A stretch of 64,000 nt of DNA from NCBI GenBank assembly GCA_951406725.2, contig OX597839.1:32922001-32986000 (forward strand). The letters are read 5' to 3'. Below the pieces are notes generated by a model. That model had not been told where the DNA came from. It was given only the letters and a program-made list of their open reading frames with translations, and searched no databases. The DNA comes from Octopus vulgaris (lineage: Eukaryota). Of the stretch, positions 24,905 through 38,665 are shown piece after piece; the first letter of the stretch is position 1; each line of letters begins with the position of its first letter. The position numbers were made by a program, and so were the translations under genes.

Positions 24905-26572
24905 ATGTTGTCTCACACACACACACACACACACAGACATACATGCATAAAGAGCACACACTCATAAACATACACGTACACTAGCAGACATTTGCACACA
25001 CACATACACACGCACAGACATCCACAAACACACAGCTACACACGCATACACAAACACACACAGACACATGCATAAAGACACACATTCACGAAGATACACA
25101 CGCCTACACATATGAACACCAAGACATGCACATACACACGTAAACTTATGCATAGAATGACACACGCACAAACACACACATGTACACAGACAAACACACA
25201 CACACACACACACACATTTGCACAGACAGCCACAGGTATGTAATTCTATTACCTGGACAGGTAAAAAGATAGCAGCAATCTAGTGGCAGCAGCAGGTGGC
25301 TAGTGAGTTGATTACCGACCAGAAAACAAGGGTATCTCAGGTTTTTTAGGTCAGTGGAAAGAAAAGATAACATCTAGGGTGGAAATGCCAGGGTGGAGCA
25401 GATGGGGAGGGATTGGGGTAAGAGATAGAGTGAGGGGAGAAGAGAGGGGAAGACAGTAGTATGCGTGAGTGTGTTGAGTGTGTACGCAGAGACAGGATGT
25501 TTCCAAGATACACACACACACACACACACACACAGATAATAATTATATATATATGTATATAGCTATATATATCATTTCATCATCATCATCATTGCTTAAT
25601 GTCCACTTTCCATGCTGGCATGGGTTGGATGGTTTAACTGAGGACTGGCAAGCTAGGAGGCTGCACCAGGCTTCAATCTGATCTGTCAAGGTTTCTATGG
25701 CTGGAGGCTCTTCCTGACACCATATATAGGCACAAATCTAATTCTTTTTTCCCCAAATAAATTGCACTTCATATTTCCTGGATCCAATAAAGCTGTAGGA
25801 TGTTATTCGGGCACTCAACTATGGGTCCACTGCATCTTATAACCGAAACAGCTGTAAGCTAATGAAGATCATAACATAACTACTGTTTTTTCCGGTGTCA
25901 TCACTTTTTCTTATACAATTATATATATAATATCATCATCATCGTTTAACATCCACTTTCCATCCATACACACACACACACGGCTGCCGTTATGTTCTGA
26001 GTTCAAATTCTGCTGAGATTGACTTTGCCTTTCGTCCTTTCGGGGTCAGTAAATTAAGTACAATTTGAATACTGGGGTTGATGTAATCAACTGACCCCCG
26101 CCTTCCCTCAAATTCCAGGCCTTGTGCCGAAAGTAGAAAGGATTATGTTACAAGTCAATGGGGTTGAAGTGACCCCCCAAATGGATTTAATAATAAAGCG
26201 ATTTTTTTCCTTATCTGTTCAATATTTAATTAATTCATAACAGATGCAGATCAGGCTAGTTATGGGTTTTTATTATCTCGTTTCTTCGGTTGCATGTGGT
26301 TAATCAATATAAAGAAACAGAAACCAATTAAAATTTTATGTGGCTGCCATGTAGTAAGACATCTGCTTCCCTACCTGATGGCTTTGGGTTCAGTCCCACT
26401 GTGTGGCACCTTGGGCAAGTGTCTTTTACGATAGCACTGAGCCGACAAAAGACTTGTGAGTGGATTTGGTAGATGGAAACAGAATTAAGTGCATTGTGTG
26501 TGGATATATCTATCTATCTATCCACTTGTCTATCTATCTGTCTGTCTGTCTATCTATCTATCCACTTGTCTA

Positions 26573-26606
<34 letters not shown>

Positions 26607-26637
26607 CACTTGTCTATCTGTCTGTTATCTATCTATC

Positions 26638-26685
<48 letters not shown>

Positions 26686-26692
26686 AAGCATA

Positions 26693-26950
26693 TGTGAGCT
26701 GGTATTAAGGAAAGATAGGAAAATATTAAATTTATAAGTCCTAAAATTCACTCCATAATTGCCCACATGCATATGGCATAGTGGTTAAGAGCGTGGGCTA
26801 CGAACCCCAAGATTCCGAATTCAATTCCTGAACAATAATAATAACGTCGAAAATATCTTAGGAATGGGAATCCAGGTTCGAAATCTCTCCAAGACACCTG
26901 ATGAAGGCTGGAGGGTATATCAGCCAAAATATTGTGCTAACAACAAACAA
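26693..26950 (+). mobile_element. Second, more decayed copy of the Penelope pLTR (tRNA-like module + hammerhead)
   Basis: Collinear with 22350-22605; HHR 26893-26938 with GAAAC mutated to AAAAT. Confidence 0.8.
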
Positions 26951-27424
26951 TTAATTTGAACTCAGAATGTAAAGAAAGAGAAAATGTCGGTAAGCATTTT
27001 ACCCAACGGGCTAACAATTCTGCCAACTCACTACCTTATGATAGATCTGTACTATTGTATGGTATACACATTAACATATCCACTGATTTACGCATTAATA
27101 TACCAGCGCCGCCTAGACTGGCTTCCGTGCCGGTGGCATGTAAAATGCACCAATCCGATCGTGGCCATTGCCAGCCTCGCCTGGCACCTGTGCTGGTGGC
27201 ACGTAAAAAGCACCCACTACACTCACGGAGTGGTTGGCATTAGGAAGGGCATCCAGCTGTAGAAACACTGCCAGATCAGACTGGAGCCTGGTGCAGCCGT
27301 CTGGCTTCCCAGATCCCCAGTCGAACCGTCCAACCCATGCTAGCATGGAGAATGGACGTTAAACGATGATGATGATGATGATGTTTAATATACCCACTAA
27401 TTTATGCATTAAGATGTGTATTAA

Positions 27425-27650
27425 CCCATTAAGTCCCAGTGAACTTAAATTTCTGAATATTACTTGTAAATTTTTACAAATGATTGAAAATGAAAGATTA
27501 AAATGAAAAAAATAATTGTTAAAACTCCTTTACTTCAAGTAGAAATGGAAATACTTGATGTCCTATAAACAGGACACTGAGACAATGTGATATAGCTTAT
27601 TCAATGTTCTCATTTAGTGTCCTATTTATAGGACAGTGGGACTTAATGGG
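27425..27650. mobile_element. TTAA-flanked MITE (second family)
   Basis: TTAA-cccattaagtccca...tgggacttaatggg-TTAA; truncated second copy from ~27691. Confidence 0.8.
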
Positions 27651-27767
27651 TTAATATACCCCCTAATTTAGGCATTAACATGTGTATTAACCCATTAAGT
27701 CCCAGATACTTATATTTCTGAATATTACTTTTAAATTTTTACAACAGATTGAAAATAGGTTAAAATA

Positions 27768-28155
27768 ATATACCCACTAATTTATGCATTAATGTGTGTA
27801 TTAATGTACCCCCTAATTTATGCATTAATGTGTGTATTAATGTACCCCCTAATTTATGCATTAATGTGTGTATTAATGTACCCCCTAATTTATGCATTAA
27901 TGTGTGTATTAATGTACCCCTAATTTATGCATTAATGTGTGTATTAATGTACCCCCTAATTTATGCATTAATGTGTGTATTAATGTACCCCCTAATTTAT
28001 GCATTAATGTGTGTATTAATGTACCCCCTAATTTATGCATTAATGTGTGTATTAATGTACCCCCTAATTTATGCATTAATGTGTGTATTAATGTACCCCC
28101 TAATTTATGCATTAATGTGTGTATTAATGTACCCCCTAATTTAGGCATTAATATC
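27768..28155. repeat. 36-bp minisatellite, ~10 copies
   Basis: Unit taatgtgtgtattaatgtaccccctaatttatgcat. Confidence 0.95.
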
Positions 28156-28706
28156 CCCTCTCTATTGACAAATGCACGAGTGCTTGTTTCTTCTGACTCA
28201 TGGATTCAGAACTGACTCATCCCTGTCCATTCCATCATCATTTCAGTGTTAAACCTTCCATGTTTGTATGGGTTGCATGGAGTTTGTATGGGTTGCAGGG
28301 TTTTCTGCAGATAGATGCCCTTTCTGTTGTCAACCCTCACCCGTTTCCAAATAAGGTAAATATTACTCCATGGCCAGACATGTTTCCTATCGATACATCT
28401 TCTGTTGTTTGAAAACATTTACAACCAATAGAAAATGTGTACCTCTTTCCCAGATAAATTTTAAATGTAAGTTGAGCTCATTGTTTGAAAGGTTTTGTCG
28501 TCAACCCCTAATAATTCTACAAGGATGATGTATAAGGAGTCTTTTAGATAAAAGTAATTGTCTTTTTAGCACTTCAGTTAGTCCATATACTCTTCTTATC
28601 TTACCTGGTTCTTGCACCCCTTTCTAAATTTTTAAGATTTTACTTTTATTATTATACAAAATATAATAATACACAGATTTTGTTCTACACCCTTCTATAC
28701 CCTTAA

Positions 28707-28927
28707 CCCTTTCGTTACTAACCCGGCTGAAACCGGCTCTGGCTCTGAATACAAATGTCTTGTTTTCATAAGTTTTGAATTAAAATCTTCCACCAAATCT
28801 TAGTCACAGTTTATGGTTCCTAACACTAGCTGAATGATAACTAAGTTATTTTACTAAATTCTTTGTTATATTTAAAGTAATTGAAAGAAACACAGAGCAT
28901 CTCAACAGAAATAGGGTAACGAAAGGG
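28707..28927. mobile_element. TTAA-flanked piggyBac-like MITE (inverted relative to 23793)
   Basis: TIRs and TTAA TSD. Confidence 0.85.
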
Positions 28928-30075
28928 TTAATGCCCATCTAACTCTCATTATAGCATCCTATGTTTTCTATTGTAGGCCCCTTTAATTGATAATAATAAA
29001 CGGGTTTATGTCACCCTTACCCTCTTTGTCTAGGTGTATAACACAATCTAATTGACTCCTTCTAAGATTTGTTTGTTTATGTAGCAAGGGAGCTCATAGC
29101 CATTAGAAACTAAGATTCGAAACAACATCTAACGTTATTTATTTATGACCAGCATCTAGTTCTGAACTGTCACCTCTCTGTGCTCTCAATTCTCAATAAA
29201 CATAGTGTACTAGCTGCATTAGATCTTTCAGTGGAGATAAGGAGGTAGATAAAAATTTGAAATTAATTACAATCCCATGACCCCCCCCACCACCGTGGTC
29301 TATTTCTGCCACTCCAAAATTGTTGTTTTCCTCTTAGTTTACTTCTGCTGCCATAGTAGCGGCATGGAATTCTTTCATTCTCTAGCTCTGATAAAATATT
29401 TGCGAAAAATTATATTTGGATATCCTGTCTGTTGAAAATCCATATTTTTGCAACTGAAGATGGTGCTGTATTTTAAATTGATGTAATGCATGCATTGTTT
29501 GATTAAATGGAGCTGCCTGAAACGGCTGTATTGCATTAGTATCTTGACATCATTGTTACTTATTTGACTTTTATTCATATTTATATTTATGTACATATGC
29601 ACATATATATTTACATATATACATAAATATATATATGTGTGTGTGTGTGTGTATATATTTATATAGCTACACACACCTACAACATGTATATATACACACC
29701 AGCCATAATACAAGTTTGGTTGTAAATCCCTTTTAAGAAGACAAGTCTTCCTATAAATCAATTATATTTATTGACACCAACGACGTTTTCAAATTTATTC
29801 ACCATGCCTCATATTTTATTAAATGGCAGACACAGCTGTAGACAAAGATGAATTTAATGTGAGTAAACATCTCACCAGGTGACCTATCAATAAAGTAGAG
29901 ATATGGGGGGGGGTCTTGTCATTTACTTTGCTTGTTTTGTTTCTGGCTTGAGTTTATCTTAATTCTAAGAAATACAAAAGTAGCCAAGGTGTCTATACAC
30001 ACACACACACACACACACATATACATATATATATGTGTGTATGTATGTATGTATATATATATATATATATATATA

Positions 30076-30274
30076 GTTAATCCAAACATGAAAACACAAA
30101 GAGAAAGCACAACAGGAGTACGTGGAACAAATATAGTATTATTGGACGCTAAGGAAAGAAGGAGGGTTCAACGTTTCGAGTGGAGAGCTCTTCGTCGGAA
30201 ACATAGGAAAAGGAAAGGGCCCAGGAAGGGAAGACGGAGGAAAAAAATCGCCAACGGTACCCACGCGGTCACAT
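30076..30274 (-). mobile_element. ~200-bp hammerhead-containing element in (TA)n
   Basis: Reverse complement of 36550-36756; HHR 30166-30202. Confidence 0.8.
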
Positions 30275-30317
30275 TTATCATATATATATATATATATATG
30301 ATGATAATAATAATAAT

Positions 30318-30685
30318 AATATTAGGGAGTATAACTCCAAACTTACAAGGAAAAATTCAATTTAGCATTAAATCAAATTTCACAATATAAATATATAATA
30401 TATATAAATTAGAGAAAAACCATTATTATGCAATTCAAACAATGATAGACATAAACCAAATCATAAAGAATAAATAAAATATATAATAAAACATATAACT
30501 GGATCACAAAAAGTAGAAAATGTTAAATGGAAAGCCTACTATAATATTCATTTTTGTACTTTTTGTGATCTAGTTATATGTTTTAAAATATATTTTATTT
30601 TTTATTTATGATTTGGTTTATGTCTATCATTGTTTGAATTACATAATAGTGGTTTTTCTCCAATTTATATATATTACATATTTTG
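30318..30685. mobile_element. AT-rich fold-back insertion (same family as 58985-59350)
   Basis: Arms ~30390-30522 and ~30549-30684 are inverted; unique leader gggagtataactccaaacttaca. Confidence 0.75.
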
Positions 30686-30701
30686 GTAGGTTATAGTGAT
30701 A

Positions 30702-31040
30702 CAGGTACCAAACCTCTTATCTGGCAACCTTGGGGCCAGAGGTGGTCCAGATTTCAGGATTTTCCAGATTTCTGGACACATGCTAAATATATACTGAAAA
30801 TATAAAATAAAGAACGAAAAGTAAAGAACAAAATTGTATAAGATATGCAAATTAATACATTTCTAAAGCTGGGTCTGTTTGCTCTTGCATCATGTGATGC
30901 ATATGCCATGGAGACCAAAATGAAGAGGCCACATGGTGAACTACTACAGCCCATGAAATTCAAAGCTAACCAGTTTCAAAAATAACTGGATTTCTGGTAA
31001 TTCCAGATTTCTGGATTCCGGATAAGAGGTTCCGTACCTG
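30702..31040. mobile_element. Tc1/mariner-type MITE
   Basis: TA-caggtaccaaacctcttatc...gataagaggttccgtacctg-TA. Confidence 0.85.
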
Positions 31041-31147
31041 TACTAATAACCTAAAACTCAATGTCCATATGCTTCGGAATAAAGTGTTAAGCAGTAGTAA
31101 ATAATTAGAATGAAAAAGGAATAAACAATTTTGTTATGAACTTCATC

Positions 31148-31228
31148 AGCTTACAGCTGTTTCTGCTGCTTGGTGTAATGCACTCATAGTTAAATACTTG
31201 TGTATCACCTTACAGCTTCATCAGAGCT
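31148..31228 (-). ncRNA. Type-I hammerhead ribozyme motif, canonical core, long stem II
   Basis: Minus strand AGCT-CTGATGA-A-GCTG..GGTG...CACC..CAGC-A-GAAAC-AGCT-GTA-AGCT. Confidence 0.75.
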
Positions 31229-31259
31229 TCAAAAACGAAGTGCAATTTTATTTGGGAAG

Positions 31260-31306
<47 letters not shown>

Positions 31307-31308
<2 letters not shown>

Positions 31309-32103
31309 GCATCAGATGTGGTGTGCAAGAGAGACGACTGCACTGGTATGGTCATGTGGTGAGAATGGATGAGGATAGCTGTGTGAAAAAGTGCCGCACC
31401 CTAGCGGTCGAGGGAACCTGTGGAAGAGGTAGACCCAGGAAGACCTGGGATGAGGTGGTGAGACACGACCTTCGAACATTAGGCCTCACCGAGGCAATGA
31501 CTAATGACCGAGACCTTTGGAAATATACTGTGCCAGGGGTGTAACCAGCCCTCTTATGCATACCTTTCCTTTATTGGACACTGCTTTCGAAGACCTGTTG
31601 AGGCAAGTGAAATCGAAATCGAATTTGGTGACAGCACTGCATGACTGGCATCCGAGCTAGTGGAGTGCGAAGAGCACCATCCAAGTGTGATTGTTGCCAG
31701 GGCCGCTGACAGGCTCCCATGCCAGTGGCACATAAAAAGCACCATTCAAGTGTGATCGTTACCAGCGTCGCCTTACTGGCACTTGTGCTGGTGGCACTTG
31801 AAAAACAACATTCGAGCAAGGTCGTTGCCAGTGCCGCTGGACTGGCTCCTGTGCAGGTGGCACATAAAAAGCACCATTTGAGCGTGGCTGTTGCCAGTAC
31901 TGCCTGTCTGGCTCTCGTGCCGGTGGCACGTAAAAGCACCCACTACACTCTCGGAGTGGTTGGCATTAGGAAGGGCATCTAGCTGTAGAAACTTTGCCAG
32001 ATCAGATTGGAGCCTGGTGCAGCCATCTGGTTTGCCAGTCCTCAGTCAAACCGTCCAACCCAGGCCAGCATGGAAAGCGGACGTTAAACGATGATGATGA
32101 TGA
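31307..32103 (+). mobile_element. 5'-truncated RTE-clade LINE
   Basis: QERRLHWYGHVVRMDEDSCVKKCRTLAVEGTCGRGRPRKTWDEVV..DL (RTE ORF C-terminus), then a 3' UTR with repeated gtgccggtggcac hairpins and (GAT)n tail. Confidence 0.9.
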
Positions 32104-32649
32104 TATATATATATGTATATATATATATATCTTGAATTTGTTTATGTAATAACAGGCAAATTGGATATGTGAGAATAACAATTGAAAGTCTGTCTGAAGT
32201 GACATGAAAGGCATCGTCATTCATGGTATATGGGTGAATACGTCACTAATGGAAATAGGTGGAGCTATTGTTGAGGAAAGTACTATTTACCTGTTTAAAG
32301 GTGGTTCTGGGTAAAGTGTGAAAATAACCCTAACAGGTGAAATACCATAAAAAGACACCTAATTTGCGCACCTGTTCAATTTACGCAGGTGGTTTTCAGG
32401 ATAAAATTTGTTATAAGCTTTTTCTCATGTAAAATTCGCTCCCAAAAGTTTTCAGAATTGCCAATATGGCCAGGGGCTAAAGGTTTTCAATTCAGTTGTG
32501 TTTAGCATAAATTCTGAATGTGCAAATAAAGCTGCTCCAATATGCCGGCCACAGTCTAATGATGGCAACCGGTGAACCAGATTGTTGGGGTTGCATGGAG
32601 CTGTACTGATATAATGGAGGATAAACATAATAATAATAATAATAACAAT

Positions 32650-32650
32650 A

Positions 32651-32700
<50 letters not shown>

Positions 32701-32760
32701 TACATATACATACATGTATATATATGTATATATATGCATGTATGTATGTATATATATATG

Positions 32761-32791
<31 letters not shown>

Positions 32792-32792
32792 G

Positions 32793-32823
<31 letters not shown>

Positions 32824-33030
32824 GTATGTATATATATATGTATATATATATATGTATATATATATATATGTATGTATGTATATATATATGTATGTATATA
32901 TATATGTATATATATATATGTATATATATATATATGCATGTATGTATGTATATATATATGTATGTATATATATATGTATATATATATATGTATATATATA
33001 TATATGCATGTATGTATGTATATATATATG

Positions 33031-33062
<32 letters not shown>

Positions 33063-33082
33063 TGCATGTATGTATGTATATA

Positions 33083-33126
<44 letters not shown>

Positions 33127-33162
33127 TGTATGTATATATATGCATGTATGTATATATATATG

Positions 33163-33193
<31 letters not shown>

Positions 33194-33218
33194 GCATGTA
33201 TGTATGTATATATATATG

Positions 33219-33250
<32 letters not shown>

Positions 33251-33312
33251 TGCATGTATGTATGTATATATATATGTATATATATATGCATGTATGTATG
33301 TATATATATATG

Positions 33313-33344
<32 letters not shown>

Positions 33345-33370
33345 TGCATGTATGTATGTATATATATATG

Positions 33371-33402
<32 letters not shown>

Positions 33403-33630
33403 TATGCATGTATGTATGTATATATATATGTATATATATATATGCATGTATATATATATGTATATATATATATATGCATGTATGTATGTATATATATATG
33501 TATATATATATATATATATATGCATGTATGTATGTATATATATATGTATATATATATATATATGCATGTATGTATGTATATATATATGTATATATATATA
33601 TATGCATGTATGTATGTATATATATATAGA
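32650..33630. repeat. (TA)n/(TATG)n compound microsatellite with recurring tgcatgtatgtatg
   Basis: Direct reading. Confidence 0.97.
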
Positions 33631-35139
33631 TAGATTTGTGTGTTTGTGTATTGTCAGTAAGTCATAAATCCAAAACAGAAGGACCCATGTAGAATAGGTC
33701 ATTCAGCCATTGTGGTGTGAAGAAACAGCATAAGGCTAAACACTTTATGGGACTTGAAACCCAGGGTGACCCCACAGGCTGGCCATAATTATCTTCATCT
33801 AATTATGTGTTTTTATATATGTATGTAGATATGGATAATTATTTGTGTAGGAACAAAGAAATAAAAAGAATAAGGTGAAAACACCAAAACATGAAACACC
33901 CCACCCAACTCAGTAACTATTGTTCATGCATGACTAAACCACCCAACCCAGTAAACTATTGTTATGCATGACTAAACACCCTACAAACTGACATATACAC
34001 ACACACAAATGTCAAACAATAGAAGTTGTATATAATGGAGATGAATGTGAAAATGGAGGATCATCCTAATATGAAGTAGAGTGAAAGAGGTGAATGGCAA
34101 CAGGTGATTGATGAGGTGAGATTATAGGGTTTGATAAAAAGGGCTCTGAGGAACCTACTGGAAGATTAACTGAGATATTTATTTCTTTATTGCCCACAAG
34201 GGGGCTAAACACAGAGGGGTCAAACAAGGACAGACAAAGGGATTAAGTCGATTATATTGACTCCAGTGCATAACTGGTACTTATTTTAATCAACCCCGAA
34301 AAGGATGAAAGGCAAAATCAACCTTGGCGGAATTTGAACTCGGAACATAGCGGCAGATAAAATAGCTATTTCTTTACTACCCATAAGGGGCTAAACACAG
34401 AGGGGACGAACAAGGAAAGACAAATGGATTAAGTTGATTACATCAACCCCAGTGCGTAACGGGTACTTATTTTTCAAAGTGGCGAGCTGGCAGAAACGTT
34501 AGCACGTCGGGCGAAATTCGTATTTCGTCTGCCGTTACGTTGTGAGTTCAAATTCCGCCGAGGTCGACTTTGCCTTTCATCCTTTCGGGGTCGATAAATT
34601 AAGTACCAGTTACGCACTGGGGTCAATGTAATCGACTTAATACCCATGTCTGTCCTTGTTTGTCTCCTCTGTGTTTAGCCCCTTGTGGGTAGTAAAGAAA
34701 TAGGTACTTATTTAATCAAACCCGAAAGGATGAAAGGCAAAGTGGAATTTGAACTCTGAACATAGCAGCAGATGAAATACCACTTAGCATTTCACCAGGT
34801 GTGCTAACGATTCTACCAGCTCGCCACCTTATTGATCTATCGGAGACCAGTTAATTAATCATATACTTTAAAATGTTGACAATGAAAAAGGAACTGAAAT
34901 ATCATCATCATCATCATCATCATCATCAATGAGTGCATCATTTTTTCCCAGAAGGCTCAGAATGCTCCCAACGGAAGTGAATAGAATTTCTTGTCTCTCT
35001 GGTCCAGTGATTCATGTGTTCGTTGATGTGACCCAAGGGTCTGGTCACTAATATTCATTGTGAGATGGCATGAAACCCTGAGTAACTCAGTGGATTAACA
35101 GGATTTAATAAACTTACAAAGCTGTGTTACTCTCTCTCC

Positions 35140-35174
<35 letters not shown>

Positions 35175-35179
35175 TATAC

Positions 35180-35402
35180 TCTTACTCTTTTACTTGTTTC
35201 AGTCATTTGACTGTGGCCATGCTGGAGCACCGCCTTTAGTCGATCAAATCGACCCCGGGACTTATTCTTTGTAAGCCCAGTACTTATTCTATCGGTCTCT
35301 TTTGCCAAACCGCTAAGTGACGGCGACGTAAACACACCAACATTGGTTGTCAAGCAATGCTAGGGGGACAAACACAGACACACAAACCCACAAACACACA
35401 CA

Positions 35403-35446
<44 letters not shown>

Positions 35447-35622
35447 CATATATATATACGACAGGCTTCTTTCAGTTTTCGTCTACCAAATCCACTCACA
35501 AGGCATTGGTTGGCCTGGGGCTATAGTAGAAGACACTTGCCCAAGATGCCATGCAGTGGGACTGAACCCGGAATCATGTGGTTGGTTAGCAAGCTTCTTA
35601 CCACACAGCCACTCCTGCGCCT
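35180..35622 (-). mobile_element. SINE family A
   Basis: Family homology. Confidence 0.9.
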
Positions 35623-35629
35623 ATATATA

Positions 35630-36420
35630 TGTGATCAGCATTGCCTTACTGGCACATGAAAAACAACATTTGAGCGAGGTCCTTGCCAAGTGCCACTGGA
35701 GTGCTCCTGTGCAGGTGGCACATAAAAACAACATTTGAGCGAGGCCCTTGCCAAGTGCCACTGGAGTGCTCCTGTGCAGGTGGCACATAAAAAAACAACA
35801 TTTGAGCGAGGCCCTTGCCAAGTGCCACTGGAGTGCTCCTGTGCAGGTGGCACATAAAAAAACAACATTTGAGCGAGGCCCTTGCCAAGTGCCACTGGAG
35901 TGCTCCTGTGCAGGTGGCACATAAAAAAACAACATTTGAGCGAGGTCCTTGCCAAGTGCCACTGGAGTGCTCCTGTGCAGGTGGCACATAAAAACAACAT
36001 TTGAGCGAGGCCCTTGCCAAGTGCCACTGGAGTGCTCCTGTGCAGGTGGCACATAAAAAAACAACATTTGAGCGAGGCCCTTGCCAAGTGCCACTGGAGT
36101 GCTCCTGTGCAGGTGGCACATAAAAAAACAACATTTGAGCGAGGCCCTTGCCAAGTGCCACTGGAGTGCTCCTGTGCAGGTGGCACATAAAAAAAAACCC
36201 ATTTGAGCATGGCCGTCGCCAGAACTGCTTGACTGACTCTCGTGCCAGTGGAACATAAAAGCACCCGTACACTCTGAGTGGTTGGTGTTAGGAAGGGCAT
36301 CCAGCTGTAGAGACTCTGCCAGATCAGACTGGAGTCTGGTGCAGCCTTGTGGCTCACCAGTCCTCAGCCAAACCATCCAACTCATGCTAGCATGGAAAGC
36401 GGACATTAAACGATGATGAT
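35630..36420 (+). mobile_element. RTE 3' UTR with ~9 tandem 60-bp units
   Basis: Unit catttgagcgaggcccttgccaagtgccactggagtgctcctgtgcaggtggcacataaaaaaacaa, then the standard RTE tail. Confidence 0.9.
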
Positions 36421-36439
36421 ATATATATATATATGTATG

Positions 36440-36473
<34 letters not shown>

Positions 36474-36549
36474 TGCATGTATATATATACACACACACAT
36501 ATATATAATATATATTTATATATACACACACACATGTATGTATATTTAT

Positions 36550-36756
36550 ATGTGACTGCGTGTGTACCATTGGTGATTTTTTTTTCCTCCGTCTTCCCTT
36601 CTCTGGATCTTTCCTTCTCCTATGTTTCCGACGAAGAGCTCCGCTCGAAACGTTAAACCCTCCTTCTTTCCTTCTTTCCTGAGCGTCCAATAATACTATA
36701 TTTGTTCCACGTCCTTGGGTTGTTGTGTTTTTTTGTGCCTTCTTGTTTGGATTAAC
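36550..36756 (+). mobile_element. ~200-bp hammerhead-containing element in (TA)n
   Basis: HHR 36624-36658: GTTT-CCGACGA-A-GAGC(TCC)GCTC-GAAACGTT-AAAC; TA tracts on both sides. Confidence 0.85.
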
Positions 36757-36973
36757 TATATATATATATATACACACACACACACGCATATATACATATA
36801 GAATATATATGTGCTTATAGATACTGAGAGATGCAGAAGGGACTTGGAAGGAGGTTGGGAGGTAGAGAAAGATATATATATATTAGCTACAGTGAGGTTT
36901 TGGTGGCTATCTTTTTCTTTAATCAGTGTAAGTCATTGGAGCATGACCACGACAGATAAAACATACATACATA

Positions 36974-37028
<55 letters not shown>

Positions 37029-37301
37029 TGATTAAGCATACACATACAGAATCAAACAAATAAATGCAGGTGGTTATTTGTGAAGCAGTGGACATCATGC
37101 TGGGCTTTTACTGGGTTTTCTGTTTTATTTGGCTCTGACCAAATACCTGGTCAGTTTAATTTTCGCCTGCCCCTCCTTCCATTGGGCATAAAATATTTAT
37201 GTGTATACACAGGTAGCTACTGTGCTTTGTCAATATATTGAATATAATGAGGAAACTGGACACACCCTGCAAGACCACTGACCATTGGTTAAATCCAATA
37301 A

Positions 37302-37334
<33 letters not shown>

Positions 37335-37369
37335 CATGTGTGTGTGTATATGCACAAAACATACAAACA

Positions 37370-38070
37370 GATGTATATATATATATGTATGTATATATAT
37401 ATGTGTATATGTGTGTGTATATATATGTGTGTGTATATATATATATGTATATACATATATGTATATACATATATATGTATATACATGTATATATATATGT
37501 ATATACATGTATATATATATGTATATACATGTATATATATATGTATATATATGTATATACATATATGTATATACATATATATGTATATACATGTATATAT
37601 ATATGTATATACATGTATATATATATGTATATACATGTATATATATATATGTATATACATGTAAATATATATGTATATACACGTATATATATATGTATAT
37701 ACACATATATATATATATGTATATACATGTGTATATATATATGTATATACATGTATATATATATGTATATACATGTGTATATATATATGTATATACATGT
37801 ATATATATATATGTATATACATGTAAATATATATTTATATACACGTATATATATATGTATATACACGTATATATATATGTATATACACGTATATATATAT
37901 GTATATACACATATATATATATATGTATATACATGTGTATATATATATGTATATACATGTATATATATATGTATATACATGTGTATATATATATGTATAT
38001 ACATGTATATATATATGTATATATATATATGTATATATATATATGTATATGTATATATATATATGTATAT

Positions 38071-38104
<34 letters not shown>

Positions 38105-38170
38105 ATACATATATCATCATCATCATCATATATATGGGTATATATATATATATGTATGTATGTATATATA
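37370..38170. repeat. (TA)n compound microsatellite with gtatatacat units
   Basis: Direct reading. Confidence 0.97.
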
Positions 38171-38517
38171 CATATTTGTTCAGAATGATGAAAGCGCATT
38201 TAAATTAAAGGGCTCAATTAACCGCCCCAATTACACTGATTGGCGATATGAGAGTTCGCATATTACGGTGGGACATCATGTTCATTTACCAGAAATTACA
38301 GAATGGATAGGTAGATAGATAGATAGAGATATGGATAGGTAGGAAAAAGATAGATAGATAGATATAGGTAGATATAAAACAGATAGGTATATTCACAGAC
38401 AGGTATAGTTAGAAATACAGATTGATAGATAGAAAGATAAAAGATTGCAGATGAAAGTAAAAAAAAAAGAAAAAAATTCATTAAAAAAAAATATATATAG
38501 ATATAAATATTACCCAC

Positions 38518-38634
38518 CTAATTTTATAATCCAATCCAACGGACCCGTATAAAGGATATTAAATCCAGTGAATCAGGATGAAATTAAAAAATTAACCAGA
38601 AAGATCAAATATCGTTATACTTATGATTATAAGG

Positions 38635-38665
<31 letters not shown>

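Noticed and set aside
27768-28155. 36-bp repeat of CRISPR-like length
   Set aside because: No spacers; a plain minisatellite.
32452-33702. 300-400 aa Tyr/Ile/His ORFs (also at 37.1-38.3 kb and 50.7-52 kb)
   Set aside because: TA/TATG repeats lack stops in most frames; no coding signal.
35621-36535. Repetitive 200-300 aa ORFs and a CRISPR-like 60-bp periodicity
   Set aside because: Head-to-tail tandem repeats with no unique spacers, inside an RTE 3' UTR; eukaryotic context, no cas genes.
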